The notes under the pieces were generated by a model. The model saw only the letters and a program-made list of their open reading frames with translations, was not told the origin of the DNA and ran no database searches. From the NCBI GenBank assembly GCA_002633005.1, contig NMRA01000909.1:12177-76176 (forward strand): a stretch of DNA of 64,000 nt, in the 5' to 3' direction. The position numbers and the translations under genes are program-made. Numbering within the stretch: position 1 is the first letter of the stretch; every line of letters begins with the position of its first letter. Below are positions 24,410 through 38,266 of the stretch, in pieces. This DNA comes from Phoronis australis. Taxonomy: Eukaryota > Animalia > Phoronida.

Positions 24410-27400
24410 TGGCAGGGCCATATATAGGAAAGGGAGGGGTGGGGGGCACATTTCAGTCGTCGGTGTTAAATCGTGCCAACTGACATAGGTGTGGGGCCGG
24501 GGACAATCGAGAAAAGACAGACTGCGCAATACGGATGAGATAGAAAATTGATGAAAACATTTAACAAGTCTGTATCAGTGCACGGTGTACATTTTGAGGA
24601 CCATGGCCAGCATATAGTCCGGTAAGGTCTCCGCTTTGGCATCACAGGTCGTCTAAATGCACTTGAAAACGAGCATGTAATCACTCATACAGGTACTTCG
24701 AAAAATCGAGAAAATTTGTAAAACGAAGCTTTTGTGGAGCGTATTGATTTACTGGATTTTTAAACTCAATAAGACAATTTTGCAAATGCTAAACTAAGTT
24801 CTAACAGAGGCCCCTGTTTAGCAAGAGAAAACGCAGACAAGTGTCGCTTAATTTCTTTTTCTCGAAATTGTATATCATTTGAGAAAAAAATAATCACATG
24901 ACAAACAACATCAATTGCTGCGCATTTCCTGGTTTTTCAAAATATAGATATTTTCATATTTAGGGGCCCCGCCCTTGAAGGAGGCCATCGATGACATTCA
25001 AGTGGCCACCCTTACTGTGTTTTTATTGACAAATTCTTAAGGGGCAGCTCACGGAGAGAGGGCCCAATGCTGGAATCGATAACCTCTATTTTCCTGTTTT
25101 GTGTGAAATCGTGCAACCGGCTTTCCTGTTGAAGAAGGTCACTTTCCTGCACCGTCGTTTGACCACACAACAGTGGAATAAACTGTCACTCTTTTCCAAG
25201 CTTAATAATGTTTAGCCTTTCATCTTAAAGTGTCCCATTTCAGACGGGATCCTCTCTCCGTGGAGCAGTTCGGGGGAAATATCCGTTCGTCCCTCTATAC
25301 ATGTAAATTCGACACTGCCAAGTATTCACGAAGGAATTTGAGATTCGAAATTAATCCAAAAACACAAAACATTCGTGCACAGCTAAGCAGTATCAAGAAA
25401 TTCGACCCAAACAACCAAAAAATGTAAAAAAATACATTAGGATTGACCCCCATCGAAAGGGTGGGATTTCGAAGAACGTGAAGACCAATCTATGTGAATT
25501 ACACGAAGGGACTATTTACGATGGTTAGTTATAAACTAATGTTTCCTATAGCATCACAAGAGTAGTATCTCATTTGAAGGTGATTACTATGAGTCGTTTG
25601 TAAAGAATTCTCACGTGTGGAAAACACTGCTGTCGAGGCTACTATTTGTGAAGGCCCTGTACATGTCAAACGGGGGTACTCAATGAACTCTCGTAATCAT
25701 AAACAAAGATTTCAACGTTTTTGACAGTGGAATTCAAGTTAACCGTTATAGGTAGTCTGAAATGAGCAAAAATACACCTTAATACGAATGCCCCATCTTG
25801 CATCTTCACCCGTTTACCAGTCAAAAATCTACAAGCATGCCTGCGGACATTGCTCATAACATTCTGTTTTGATAAACAAATTCCTTGGTTTCTGATTTAC
25901 TCGTTTATATATCTACGATAGATTCATAGATGATTTTTGACAATTAGAAGCTAACCTTGTAAGAATTGATGATGTTTCAGTGAATTTAGTTGCAATATGA
26001 TATTGGAAAGACTATAATCCGATCCTCAAATACTGTAGTAAAGTATAGCCAGGAACCACTACACTGAGACCAGTTTTACCAATCTAAAATAACTCTCAGA
26101 CATTGATGAAATTCGGACAATTCCCAAAAATATATTAACAATTCAAATGGCAACAAATGCATTACTTTTCGACTTAGGTAAAAGATTTTTCGCTTAAAGT
26201 CACAAACAGGAGATCAGTAAGAAATTGAGTCATTAAATCAAGGTAAACGCATTGCTCATAGAATCTATTGTTGATTTCTGATTTCCATGTTTATGTATCT
26301 ACGAAAATCGAATGATTGTAGATGATATTTGGACAATTAGAAGCGAATCTTTTAAGAGATGACGATGCTTCAGTGAGCGAACTTAGTTGCAGGCTGACAT
26401 TGGGGAAATTGATCTATCATCAGATCTCCAAATTAATAACAAAGTACACTAAACGATTTTTGTCTATCTGAAATAAGTCTCAAGGATATTGATGAATGTC
26501 GGTCGTGTTCCAACGAGGGATTTTGAAACAGTCCCAGAGGCACTATATCAGGGACCTCGGGATCTCACCTTTTCAAAAAACACCTTCAAAGAATGGCCAT
26601 AATGAAATAAAGTTTTCCTGAAACCGGATCACAATGAAACTAATCTTGACCATAGGGCCAGCGCACTGACGAATGTGCGCGAACTAAGTTGCCCGTATCA
26701 TGTGTATCATAACTCAGCTGACCAACAAATATTTTCACAGTGTTAGATCTCAGCTACAGTTACTTGAGGCAGCTCCTCGCTACCCGTCGATGCAATGGTC
26801 CTAGGCCCATNTTGGCGCGAAGTCGAAAATGTTTGTGCCACCCCCATCCAATAATTTTTGAATTCCTACGGACTTGGTGTCTCAAAAATGTACACACTTC
26901 CACTGACGCCGGGAGTTCAAATTCAGTTCATGTGAATCACTGAGATTCTGTCTGGACCTACTATATGGTTACAAGGGAATGGTGAACAAAGAATACTTAT
27001 TACGGTTCAAGAGTTAAACTAGGAACCCCCAAAAACACTAAAAATCTTTCTTGATGATTGCGAGTACTTTGAGAACCTCCCTTAGACATGCATGTACATG
27101 TTCATCAAAAGTTGTACCCGGCCCCGACAGCCTTTTCAACATGTGCGACTTTCTTACAATGAACTTCTAAATAGTAACAATCTTCAAAAGAAATACTTAT
27201 CTTCTTATACTATGGGAAAAATAAACATTACTTTATAAAACCATCGGAAATAGTCCTTTTGTGTAATACACAAAAAGTAGTCATCCTGTTCTTCAAATTT
27301 CCACCCTTTCGATGGCGATCAATCCTATTGGACCGAATGCTGATACTTTTGGCTGTGCACGAACGTTTTGTGTTTTTGATGAATTTGCGCATTGCCTCGT

Positions 27401-27790
27401 GAATACTTGGCAGTCAGTGGCAAATTTACGTGTATAGAGGTACAAAGGAATCCAAATCACCCCAGAGAGAAAGGACCCTTTCTGAAAGGGAAACTCATAC
27501 AGCATGGGAGAGAGTTACAGTTAATTCCATCGTAACCCTGAAAGAAGTGACCTTCCTCAACATGGAAGGTTTTACGATTTCTAACACTGGGCTCTCTGAC
27601 CGTGAACGACCTCTATTGATCGTTCTCTTGAATTTTCTCTCTTCTACTTGTTCCTATGTCTTTCTTTTCTCGACTGCCCCCTGCCTCACGCCTATGCCAC
27701 GGTTTAACCCTGACGCCTGCAAATTATTGGGGTGCACGTGTCCTTCCCCCGGTCTACCTGCTAATTCCTACAGCCCTGTAAACTGTTTCA
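24410..27790. repeat. Large diverged inverted repeat pair enclosing a ~400-bp direct duplication
   Basis: 25290-25480 matches the reverse complement of 27290-27440; 24460-24520 matches that of 27660-27715; direct repeat at 25848 and 26250 (CATTGCTCATA...GACAATTAGAAGC). Confidence 0.65.
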
Positions 27791-28269
27791 ATTTTATTCC
27801 GCTTTTTTAGAAGTGAATAACAGTTTCAGGTCTTTTTATTTTCCTTTTTATTCGGGAAGGGATATCCTTTTGGAGGGTATGGTGCGATTCATCCCCTTTT
27901 TCCCCTGCAAGTCTGGTATTGACCACCCGAGACTACTGATATTATTATCTTAATCTTGTGCGTCAGCTATACTCTGTACCTTTGTCCTCCGTGAACAGTG
28001 ACTGAGTTATATCAAACATCTATAACGTTGGCTGCAAAAACAAGGAGTCTAAACACGGTACGTCGTAAATTACCCGGTTAGACACCTAAAATGCCGTGCT
28101 GTCAAAACGTTCTTATAGTGGACCGCCAAATCTAACCACAGGACAAGAAGTAAAATATCCTATACCAACCACACCGACTAAATCCAATATGTGTTTTTGT
28201 GTGTGTGTGTGTGTAGCTAAGAGGTGCGATTCTAGGGATTTATTTACCGGGAGTTTAAAGTATAGAGTT

Positions 28270-30450
28270 TAGGGGATGGCGGACAAAATGGCCGCCAGAT
28301 TTGCATATGACCATTATGACTCGAGAGTGGAATGTGATAGAGTAAAAATTCAAAAAAGTTTACGTATCTTCTGTAAGTCAACAAATCCATTGAAAATAGT
28401 TTTGCGTGGCTGCGATGACACCATCCGCCATTTTCCAAGATGGCCGCCAACACTACGTCGAGTCACACAACTTTGCACGAACAGATTAGTGTATCGTTTT
28501 GATTCAAACACTGCATCATATTTTCTGGTTGAATAATCCATTGAGACTCCTTGCGTTTGGCTCTAATGATTACTTCCACCATTTTCTAATATGGCCTCCA
28601 AATAGTTGCTTGGTGTAAGAACTTCAAATTTCAGAGACACGCCATCTTCACAGATTTCATATTCTGAGTTTCATAGATCAACATGTTCATTAATATCATT
28701 TTTGTCTGGCTCTGATTTATACGACTACCATTTTATCACGATTGTTAAACAAATAATAACTTATTTAGGTGAAAAACGGGTTCGCCTGAACTGAAGGGGG
28801 ATTCTCTGTAAAAAATGTGGTGTGTCAAAAATAACTCTCCACGATTAATTCAGTAATTTACTTTCCACACCTACATGTATTGACCATCTGTGTCGCCTCC
28901 ACTTAGTTGTAAATGCTAATGAACACAGCAACAGTTGAGACCAGAGTAAGGTTTAGCAAGGTATGTTTGGCAAGTTAAACAGTTTATAAGCACTTGAACA
29001 GCTCCCACTAGGCTTCTCTTTAGTGATGTTACACGTGTGTCCAAAGCAGTAATTCTCAGTCTGTGATCAAAATGTATACACAATCAACAAGTATTTACAC
29101 AACTAATCTCTTTTAGCTGAGAATGAATTGCTGCAGCTTATAACACTGCATTCTCCACATGCAACCGAGCACGGCAATCCTAACTTCTTGTGAGTTCTCT
29201 TGGAACTGCAGTTGGTCTTGCACGAGCATCTTAATATCAACAGGTTCTCTGGTGCTGCTGGCTGGACTGTCGTCATGGGAATGAGTTTTCCACCTGCCAC
29301 CATTCATCCTCAATCCAGCGGGTCTAGAAAACTGGACCGCTCTTGTTCTTGTCCTCGCAGCGTGGCCGAAGTTTACTTGCTGAAGCAGTTGGTAGTAATA
29401 ACTGTATTTGGACTTGACCTACGCATGATGACACCTTTTCCTCAAATCGCCTGCATTGCAAGTCATTTAAATTTCCAGAGCCATTCTGAAGAATCAGTCT
29501 CCATATATTCTGACGAGCCAACATTTGTGTACAAGCATTGAATTGCTCCCTCTCTTGGCACGGAATCTGTGTGTTTTGTGTTAGTGACATTCGGGGCTCC
29601 TCTGGTATTTCTGAAGAACCGGAACTTCTTTCTTGAAATCTTGGAGCCATTGGTTCTGGATTGGCATTACTTGATGTTGAACGCTCTGGCTGTGATGATA
29701 GCATTCAACACTGATTCTACCAACATATGCCCCCCTCACTGCTCCATCCACACCTTTTCAATTTAACATGTGGATCACACTGTTTGGTCCATACACTGTC
29801 TCAAGAACCTGAAGCCTGTTGCCTGCCAACAAATCAAAGAAAGCTCATCTCAGTATCACTGTCGTTTGGTTTGCTAGGACTAATTTTCTCTAAAATCAGT
29901 TACCTATGTTCATAAGAAGCATGCATATTAAACCAATTGTGAGTAATTTATTTATTTTTCATCAAATTCAGGTGAAATCAGCTGCCAAATTCTCCACTCG
30001 TGTCAGTAGCAGACGAAATCTTTGCATGGGAACAATGGATAATATCTCCAATAGCAGAGAACAAAGCCACTTCCCAATGTGATTCAGGGTTTGTGTACTG
30101 AATAAGCCAATAATTCCACCCGAATTACATATTCTTCTAACAAATATTATGTTTTAATGCCTCAAATGAATATGAAACTCTTTAATAAAGTTTAACTAAT
30201 TTAAAGCCTTTACTGAAAAACACCAAATTTTATGTTAAGTAATCTAAAAAAAATCCACATTTAGTACCCAAATCTTAAAAACAAACTTGATAAAGAATCA
30301 ACTCATTAAGCCTGATTGTAGATTGTAAAATGCTTTTGTGTAAATGCTTCTCAGGTTACAAACAAAGTTTGCAGAATGCACATGCGGTAAATTGGAGTTA
30401 CATGTATTTGTGAGCTGGTGGCCATTTTGTCAGTCATCTAGATTTTTTTT
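28270..30450 (-). mobile_element. DNA-transposon relic with C-terminal CXC (tesmin-like) coding remnant
   Basis: Inverted arms GATGGCGGACAAAATGGCCGCCAG (28275) and CTGGTGGCCATTTTGTCAGTCATC (30415); minus strand LLPTASASK..LDPLD*G*MVAGGKLIPMTTVQPAAPENLLILRCSCKTNCSS..GLPCSVACGEC..ISCSN. Confidence 0.6.
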
Positions 30451-30585
30451 CTCCAATCAGTGACCAACTGTAAGGTTCAGATATTTTAGATTGTCTAACT
30501 TACAAATGCATAGAAACTTTTTCAGCGCAAAATATGAAAAGAAATTTTGCAACACGTACCGAATAGCGAATGTGCCGCCGCAGTT

Positions 30586-30600
30586 GCATTATGGGAAATG
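30586..30600 (-). promoter_or_regulatory. ZNF143/Staf-like binding site
   Basis: GCATTATGGGAAATG is the reverse complement of CATTTCCCATAATGC, matching the SBS core. Confidence 0.35.
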
Positions 30601-30841
30601 AATGCCTCTATCGCTTGACAACCGATTGCGTACTGTGTTGCCGGGTGTTGTTGTAACGAATGTTTAGCACAGAAGGGGTCAATAACGTTATTTTATTTGA
30701 ATTCTTATCAAAAAATCAATATTAAACGAATAACTACTGCAGGAAGCATGCAACTGTATTTTATTATAGAAATGCTTTGGAAATGAATAAAGTCACCGTT
30801 GCCGCACATCACCTCCGTCGACCGTGACTGTGTTCAACCGG

Positions 30842-32591
30842 GGCCCGGTCTCAATGCAGTTTCCGTACTCAGACTCATAAACATACTCGAGATTTCATAC
30901 TCAAAATCGTGCTCACTGGAGTCGTACTCGAAAAAGCGTAGTAGACTCCAAACGTACTCAAATCTGAGAATCGTGCTCGAGTTGCTATGGAACTGTTTAT
31001 GATGTGAAATACAAAACCAGGCAAAGTCGCGGCGCTGATTCAGCGCTCCCTATATTCGCATCGACTACCCTAGCAACTATGTTATCGTCAGCTCTCGCTA
31101 CAATTACAAGAGTATAACGTGGAATACTGAGTGTTCTGTAACTTATTCATTTTTTTAAGTTTCAATACAATATTCTTCTACCATTTCTTGATACATTTGC
31201 CAACTATTAAGCTTTACTTTTTGAGTTTCTTATCTCCCGCCGGAAAATGTCACAAGAAATTTGAAACAGCTTATCAAAGAAAGTCAGTCGGAGCAGCCAA
31301 AATCTCAGTGTCTGATTTAGTCAGGGGGCATTCTCCCTTACACTTGACTCATTTACTCCTAAAATTGGCATGGTCACACCCGCCAACGATTGACGGCATA
31401 TTGAAATTTTCTTTTTCATTAATGCAGTGGTAGGCTTACGTGGGCCGGTGACTCCGGCACTGGAGTCGGGTACCATGATATTAGAGGCCTGCAACCAACA
31501 TTTTTAAGGGAGAGTTCGAATTGCACATTTTCTTTGATGGGAGGTCGAATTTCAAAAGTTTGTACCTTAGTTGCCAGCAGTGGTGTTCTTTCCTAGTAAA
31601 CCGGTTGTCCACGTTAGCCCGAAATCCCAGGCGACATTTTTGGGCCGCAGTTGTTTGGTTACTGGTCAACCCCTTTTCTCTCTTGCGTAGAACCCATTGC
31701 CTTGTAGGCCTGCACTGATGTCAAAACTTTGATAGTGCATCTTTGCATTTTACCGGGATGTATCAAGTTAGCTGACATTTGGCAAATGAGTTAAAAACAC
31801 TACATGTACAGGCAATCAGAGTTCATCAGTGAACGGGACGAAACGTCTACTCATAAATCGGCAAACAAAATATTGACTATCATTCAGGTATTAAGGAATT
31901 ATCGATGACTAATTTATGATGTGAAATCTGACAGGGAGGCAACTTTTTTAATTTTCCTCGTTAGTATTTAGGAAACCGTACAAACCGTTGCACACGCACT
32001 TGAATCACGGCAATCCCCACCCCACAGCTGCTTTGGACCCTTGTAGTGACCCGTCGACATGGGCTTAGCATTCGCCAGTTGCCACCTGGGAATCGTAGTA
32101 AGAAGGACTTTAAAAATTGGCGGCAATGAAGTGCGGTGATACGGCGGTTTAAGATGAAGAAGATTTAAAATTATAACTATAAGCGCTGAAATATGGTATG
32201 AGGACTTAAATTTTCCAAAGATTTGCTGTTTCTCGCAGTGGTTTTTCGCTATTTTCTTCTTTCGCTCACGGAATAATTTGTCTGTGTCTCACATTCGCCG
32301 TATTATGCCTATAAGTTTTCGAATACTTCAAGCACACTGCCACACAGCCAAACTTGAAATTTGGAGCATATACTCGGAATTTTTACTCAAAATCGTACTC
32401 GAAATATAAATAATATATACTTCAGTTCGAGTATACTCGAAACTTGAGTACGTGCTCAAAATTTCGAGTACAGATTATTCGAGTATGACATTGAATACAG
32501 CAAAGCTGAGTCTCTACTCGAGTTGAGTATGAAGTTTGAGTTTGAGTTTGAGTATGATTCGAGTCTGAGTACGGAGATTGGAGACCGGGCC
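30842..32591. mobile_element. PIF/Harbinger-type non-autonomous element
   Basis: TIR GGCCCGGTCTC / GAGACCGGGCC, 3-bp TSD CGG on both sides, TACTCG/CGAGTA subterminal repeats. Confidence 0.85.
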
Positions 32592-33119
32592 CGGGTGACA
32601 TTCTGCTAATAATCAGCTGCAATAATCTCTAACTTCCGAATAGAAACTCTCACCAAGGAGTGTAGTAGTGTAGGAGAGTTCACTCCGCCATTTTGTCATT
32701 TGCCACAATGGTTAGGTGACACTGAACAAATAGACTGCGGCCGCGGCCAATTTGCACTGCCAAAATCTTAAAATCTAGGGGTATGCCAGGCTTGGGGGCA
32801 TTTTTAGTTAGGTATTGTATGTAGGCTAAGTGAATGAGTTTTTTGTATTTGTGAATTGCTGCGTAGCAACTGAGAAATTGGCTGCGATTTCAGGTAGCCC
32901 TCAAACAAGCCAGATTTGTAAAAAACTAGTTGGTTGACAGTACTTTTGTACCACATTTGTGGAATTGGTAGGAAATTTGCTTTAGTCGGGCATCGGCAGG
33001 GAAGTGGTAATTTTGGGATGAAAAGTCCCGATGTGGCAATTTTTGCCCTTATTTTTCTTAGTTCAGCTTGGTTTCCAGTGGGAGTGAAAGGGTCAAAATT
33101 ACAAAAGAGAATAAAGTTT

Positions 33120-33663
33120 TGTGGCATAATGACACCATGACACAATTACGTCATGATAACTTTAATTAAATGTTTACAAATTAATACATTTGCTGGACCA
33201 GGCTCGACATCAGGGAGTGTTATCTCTTCGTCAAGTACAGTGCTCCAGCGGCCGAAATGCTTGCATCAGCACACTACATCTGTGTGGAATGCACAGGGGG
33301 TGCCAAGCCAGGGACTTTCCACAGACACCATGAGAAAGTCGAGACTGGGCCAGCAAAAGTTATGCAAGTTCTATTTGTCATGACGTACATTTTATGTAAG
33401 TTTATCAATCTGAAATATTTCGAATTCACTGTATCTGATAGAGTAGTGATAATTCTGAGACTAGAACAGATGGATCCGAATTCAGATGTATATTGAAACT
33501 CGGGCCTTGTCGACGAAGTCAGTTCACTACCAACTGCCGAACTCACTCGCTAGCCAAGCGTGTCAGGGTCGACTCGTCCACGAGGCCCACCGAGTGTGAG
33601 TGTGTGAATAAAGAAGTCAACACAACGCTGCTCTTTACTCTCTACTACCACCGTCACGCCACA
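33120..33663 (+). mobile_element. Solo LTR
   Basis: TGTGGC...GCCACA termini, 4-bp TSD GTTT (33116-33119, 33664-33667), AATAAA at ~33607. Confidence 0.75.
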
Positions 33664-34102
33664 GTTTCTGTGCTCATCTGTAGGGCTTGTGATGTGAAAT
33701 GACTCAAAACATTTCTTTATTTACATGCAGTTTTTGACAGAGTGAAGAAAGGGTGAAGAGTGAATTGACGTGTGTTCTGATAGGCAAACCCCTGTGAGAA
33801 CTGTTTAGCGCCTCCTAAGCAAAGAGAAGTTGACAAAGCGTGAGCTAAAATGTCGATCTTTCGAGTCCAACCAGGATATTAAATGTTAAAAATATGTCGA
33901 TAATTAACCACAGAGATGTAGAAAAATACATTAGAGAACAAATCAATGCACCAAAGTGTTGTCTGACTAGGTTCGAAAAATGAAAAGTAAATATGAGCAA
34001 ACTGCGGCGATCGTATTGTTACGGATTAGGTATAATTATGCTGAATGTAGGGATACGTTTTTTTTGTAAGTTGTTGATAAAATTGCTTTTTACACAAACC
34101 AG

Positions 34103-34503
34103 GGCCCGGTCTCTAATCTTTGTACTCGAAACGAACTCGAAACTATTTTTGGCAATTTCTCTGCTCCTTTTGTGCGAACTTAAGATAATTGGTTATCAGA
34201 CTGTGCTCGAATACATTATAGTTTATGCATAGGAGTTTCTAGTTCAAGTTTGCCATTGAAGACCCTTATATTCGTGCTACAAACTCGAGTAAAAACTCGA
34301 AATTTCGAGTTCAAACTCGAACTTATTGCTTTAATATTAGGTTTTACAAACTGTGAACTAAGGGCAATAAATTATCTACGTAAGTTATTGTGTACTCGAG
34401 CATAGAAGAATAGACACTTATCTTGAGTTCGCCAAAAGTAGAGTAGAAAATGCCAATCCTAATTTCGAGTTCCATTTCGAGTAAAAAGATTGGAGACCGG
34501 ACC
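34103..34503. mobile_element. PIF/Harbinger-type MITE, same TIR family as 30842-32591
   Basis: GGCCCGGTCTC / GAGACCGGACC; TSD CAG on both sides. Confidence 0.85.
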
Positions 34504-35476
34504 CAGGTCATCTGCTTGTATTGTTGACGAGTTGAAAATATATTCGACAGTGGTGGCTCCGCATTTTGCTGTCATGTGCAATTAGTCACATCATATTCTG
34601 GTTTAATTTGTTGATCAAGAATATTAACATAAAGCATAGCCTACAGTAGGTCCTGGTGCGGTGGGGACTACCGGGATTAACAGTTGATTTGTCATTGACC
34701 TGAAAGAATATTTGACGTTATTGAATATATTTTTATTAAAATAATAAACCAGGCTCGTAATTGAAAATAAAAATTATTTGAGTACTTTTTAAATTAAAAA
34801 AAAAATAAAAACGAGCACAGCCCCAGAATTCGCTTTCACATTATATCCAGGTTCTCATTCACTCCTTTGCACACATTCACATGTAATTAGTTGGTTCACG
34901 AAAACAACAACGTTGGCCATCAATTCTGCTTTCTTGGTTTTAATAATTCTTACGTCTATTCCATGTGTTCAAGTATCAACCTGGACCAAGTTGAATTTTA
35001 AAATTAAAACACCTAATTCGTTCGTCCAAATCATAACCTCGTTTTAGAGCTCAATTTTAGTTAACTGGACAGAGCAAGCATAGTTATGTTTCTTTAGGGG
35101 CCTCGTTCATCCGAGGGGAAGGTGTTTGTGTCTTCTAACTGAAAGGGGCATTTTCTTCGCCGAGTGAGGAGAAAAACCTACCTCCCGATCATCATCAATA
35201 GCACCCCCGCCCTGTTACAAGCTCTCATAGGTTCTGTCTCAAGTAGCATTTTGTGCTCTTTCAAATTGTCACCAGCTGTATGGTTACATGTGATTTGAAC
35301 TCCGCGGGAGAGAACTTTTTAATCACTAGGGGAATTTTTAGGGCCTCGTGGGGGAATTTCGGGGAAATTTTAATATTTTGAGAGGGGAATAGGGTCAATA
35401 TTCGGCCCCAAAATCGAAGGATTGAGGGCTCTGATCTTTCTGAAAAGAAAAACGGGCATCATCTTTCAACCCGCAG

Positions 35477-35790
35477 TCATGAAAACACAGCCTGGCTGGC
35501 AGGAGATTCTCCGGTCGTTGCTATGATGCTCGGCAACCGAGATGCGACAAAATATGACCTAACTTTTCGAAAGCATTTAAATTTTACATGAACAGATTTT
35601 CCTTCGTCGCGACGTATGACAACGACCCAACGCTTCCGAATCTCAACGTCCCTCAGGGATTGTAAAACAGACAGTTGAATGTCCGCATTTTTACTAGCGG
35701 GATACAACCAGTATGCCGTTAAGTCAACAGAGCTATCGTAGCGAGCCTCTTTTTGGAACGCGCGTCCAGTCGGCGTGAATTAGGTCTATA
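35477..35790 (-). mobile_element. End of ISL2EU-like element with THAP relic (paralogue of the 1587 arm)
   Basis: LRDVEIRKRWVVVIRRDEGK; terminus GCGTGAATTAGGTCTAT; colinear with 1587-1850. Confidence 0.6.
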
Positions 35791-37015
35791 GATAGGGACT
35801 GCCAACTCCCGTTAGAGCGCGTTGAGTGTTGTACTTCACCTTGGAATCATGAGTGAACTTGGAATAAATTTCTATTCCAAGTTCATGCAAGTGATCTTGA
35901 GATTAAGCAAGCACTTGCAACATCAAGTGTGTAACTGTTAACTAAAATTTCGAATGGTGGACATGAATTCGTTTGTCGTGAGTTATTGTTTCTGTTTTAA
36001 TTATTTTATTGCCCATTCTGTATGTTATTCTGGTCTTGGTAATTGTTTCCAAAGGTGGATTGACTGGGATGGTTGGGTTTTTGACTGAAGGGCTGAAGTG
36101 ACTGGCAACCTGGGACCTTTGCAATGAAAAGGATTAAGATCATTTAAGAGCTAGGATACAATGAATGTACCGAAGGCCTACCTAGAGGGGTTTTGCATTG
36201 AACAGTTTGTCATGCCCCGTTGTACCTGCCACCTAATCCCCCGTGTATACGCCAGTGCTTGGAGCTCGCAATTTGCTCGTAATTGGTGGAAGTGTTTTCA
36301 TTTATATCTCACTTATGACATCGCAGGGATATGTAATTCTTTTTTATCTGATTAAGGAAGAAGTTCAGATCAGATGACGCTTGTTGAGTAAAAGTGTATA
36401 ACAGTTATTTTTGGCAAATAAAGTGGAAATACTTATTTCATTTTGAAACGTGCAATTTAATGATGTCATCATGTCTAATCAGACAAAAGTTACAGAACAC
36501 AACTCTCTGAAGTTCTGTTGACAGGTTTTGAATGTTCTCATAGAGATGATTAGACTTTTATGGCCTACGATATTTTTGCCTTTCTCTGCTCAGTACAGAT
36601 CCACATAACAATGCCAATGTATGTAAAGACAGACAAAAGTGGCCCAGTGAAACAATACTGTCCATACCATTTGCTTTGGCACAATAGCTTACAAAACACT
36701 GCCCAGCATTCGCTGTTTGAAATGCAACCATGTTAGACTGAGTGAGGTAACATATGCAAATGCATCTTTTGCAGGTTGTCGACATCTCTAAATACAGTTG
36801 ATAACAATTAACAACTGGACTGAAACATGGTGGCATACAGTAATGTTTGATACAAATGTTCCCATGTGAGTGAGGAGCATACAGAGGTAATGACATACAT
36901 GTATCTAAGTTGTGTTAATATTGTTTTTTTGTTATGCAAGATAGGTGATTTTCAGCTTTTTATGCGGTTGAAGGTTGTCTTCTATCAGGAACGTGTTTGT
37001 TCCAACAACGCTTAA

Positions 37016-38266
37016 AGGAGAATGCCACCCGATTTAATTAATCTTTTTTGCCGTCTTAATCGGTCTATATCCACATCGCCTCGCATACGGTCGACCTTAC
37101 CTTGCCAAGAGGTGTCGCGTTAACCTATGAGGAAGGTGAGAAACGACGCTAGCGACGTCAGTGGTTCATATGCAGAGTGAATGCCGCTATGTTGCGGTGC
37201 ATCGTTCCCGCTTGTCCGAACTAAGCAGCTGCGAGGAAAGCGGGTATATCGAGCGTTCTGTTTCAAAATGAATTGTTCTCACCCTAACCAATACTTATAT
37301 AAAACTGAAACAAAGTCTGTCTCATTAGATGCAATTTGTCATACCTTTGGAGTGTTCGTGAGTGAGTGCAAATGATTTGAGAAGCCAGCAATAAATAAAT
37401 CACTGCGTTACCGGCTTTAGGTGCAATAAAACTAATTGACGGGACACCGAGGGCGTGTGAGCTCATGGTAATTTAGTGTTTGCTGGCAGAAACTGTTGTG
37501 AAACAGCTCGATTTCCATCCCACGGCCAGGTGTTAGGGGAATCTTTATTTCCTTTTGCATTACTCAAATAATGATTGTCTATGTACAACTTCTGCCCTGA
37601 CGGTGCTGTGGCCAAAGCGGAACTGAATTCGCGGCCCTCGACGAGTAAGTAGATTTGCAGTTTCGTGGCTAATTCACCAACATAATCAGGTGCACATTAC
37701 TTTGGCTCACCAGTATAGTATTTTCTTGACTGGAAGTTTAGTTTCCACTGAACTTTGGCTGGTTTGTGTTCGTGATGTCTGATCCGGCTCCGAGCCACTG
37801 GCCAGGGTAACAAGCGTTTTGTGTTTAGATATAAAAAATCACAAGTCTAAACAACCCAGATTTAGGTTCTCCTGTCTGTATCTCATGGAAAATACTTCTA
37901 AATTATCTCCGAACAGACCCCAAACTCCTGGCTGCTACGGACCTTATTGGCCTGCCGAACTTTGTAGGCTACGGTGTGTCCAAATACCAATAAATCCGTA
38001 AGAGCGAAGTAAAACAACACGTTTTTATAAGAACTCGGTGTATTTTTAAGGGTTTTACATCGAAGTTTGATGATTTATTGGTGTTAAACGATCACTTCAA
38101 GCGATAAGCTGACACCAGTAACCCGTGTTGTGAACTGCTGAACAAACTGCGTGTGAAACCGTCTGCCGTCAGGTGTCAGGTAATGCAACCGTACGTGTCG
38201 TTATGGAGTAGAACTACTCGACCTAAATTGATACACATTAGGTTGTTTTTTGGGTAGCATGCTCCT
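37016..38266. mobile_element. Non-autonomous Kolobok-type element
   Basis: TTAA|AGGAGAATGCCACCC ... GGGTAGCATGCTCCT|TTAA. Confidence 0.75.

Noticed and set aside
31820-31850. Possible hammerhead (TCATCAG plus GACGAAACGTC)
   Set aside because: The two core halves are on opposite strands.
36050-36160. Possible selenocysteine (TGA) read-through exon
   Set aside because: Multiple stops in all frames, no recognisable selenoprotein motif and no SECIS identified.
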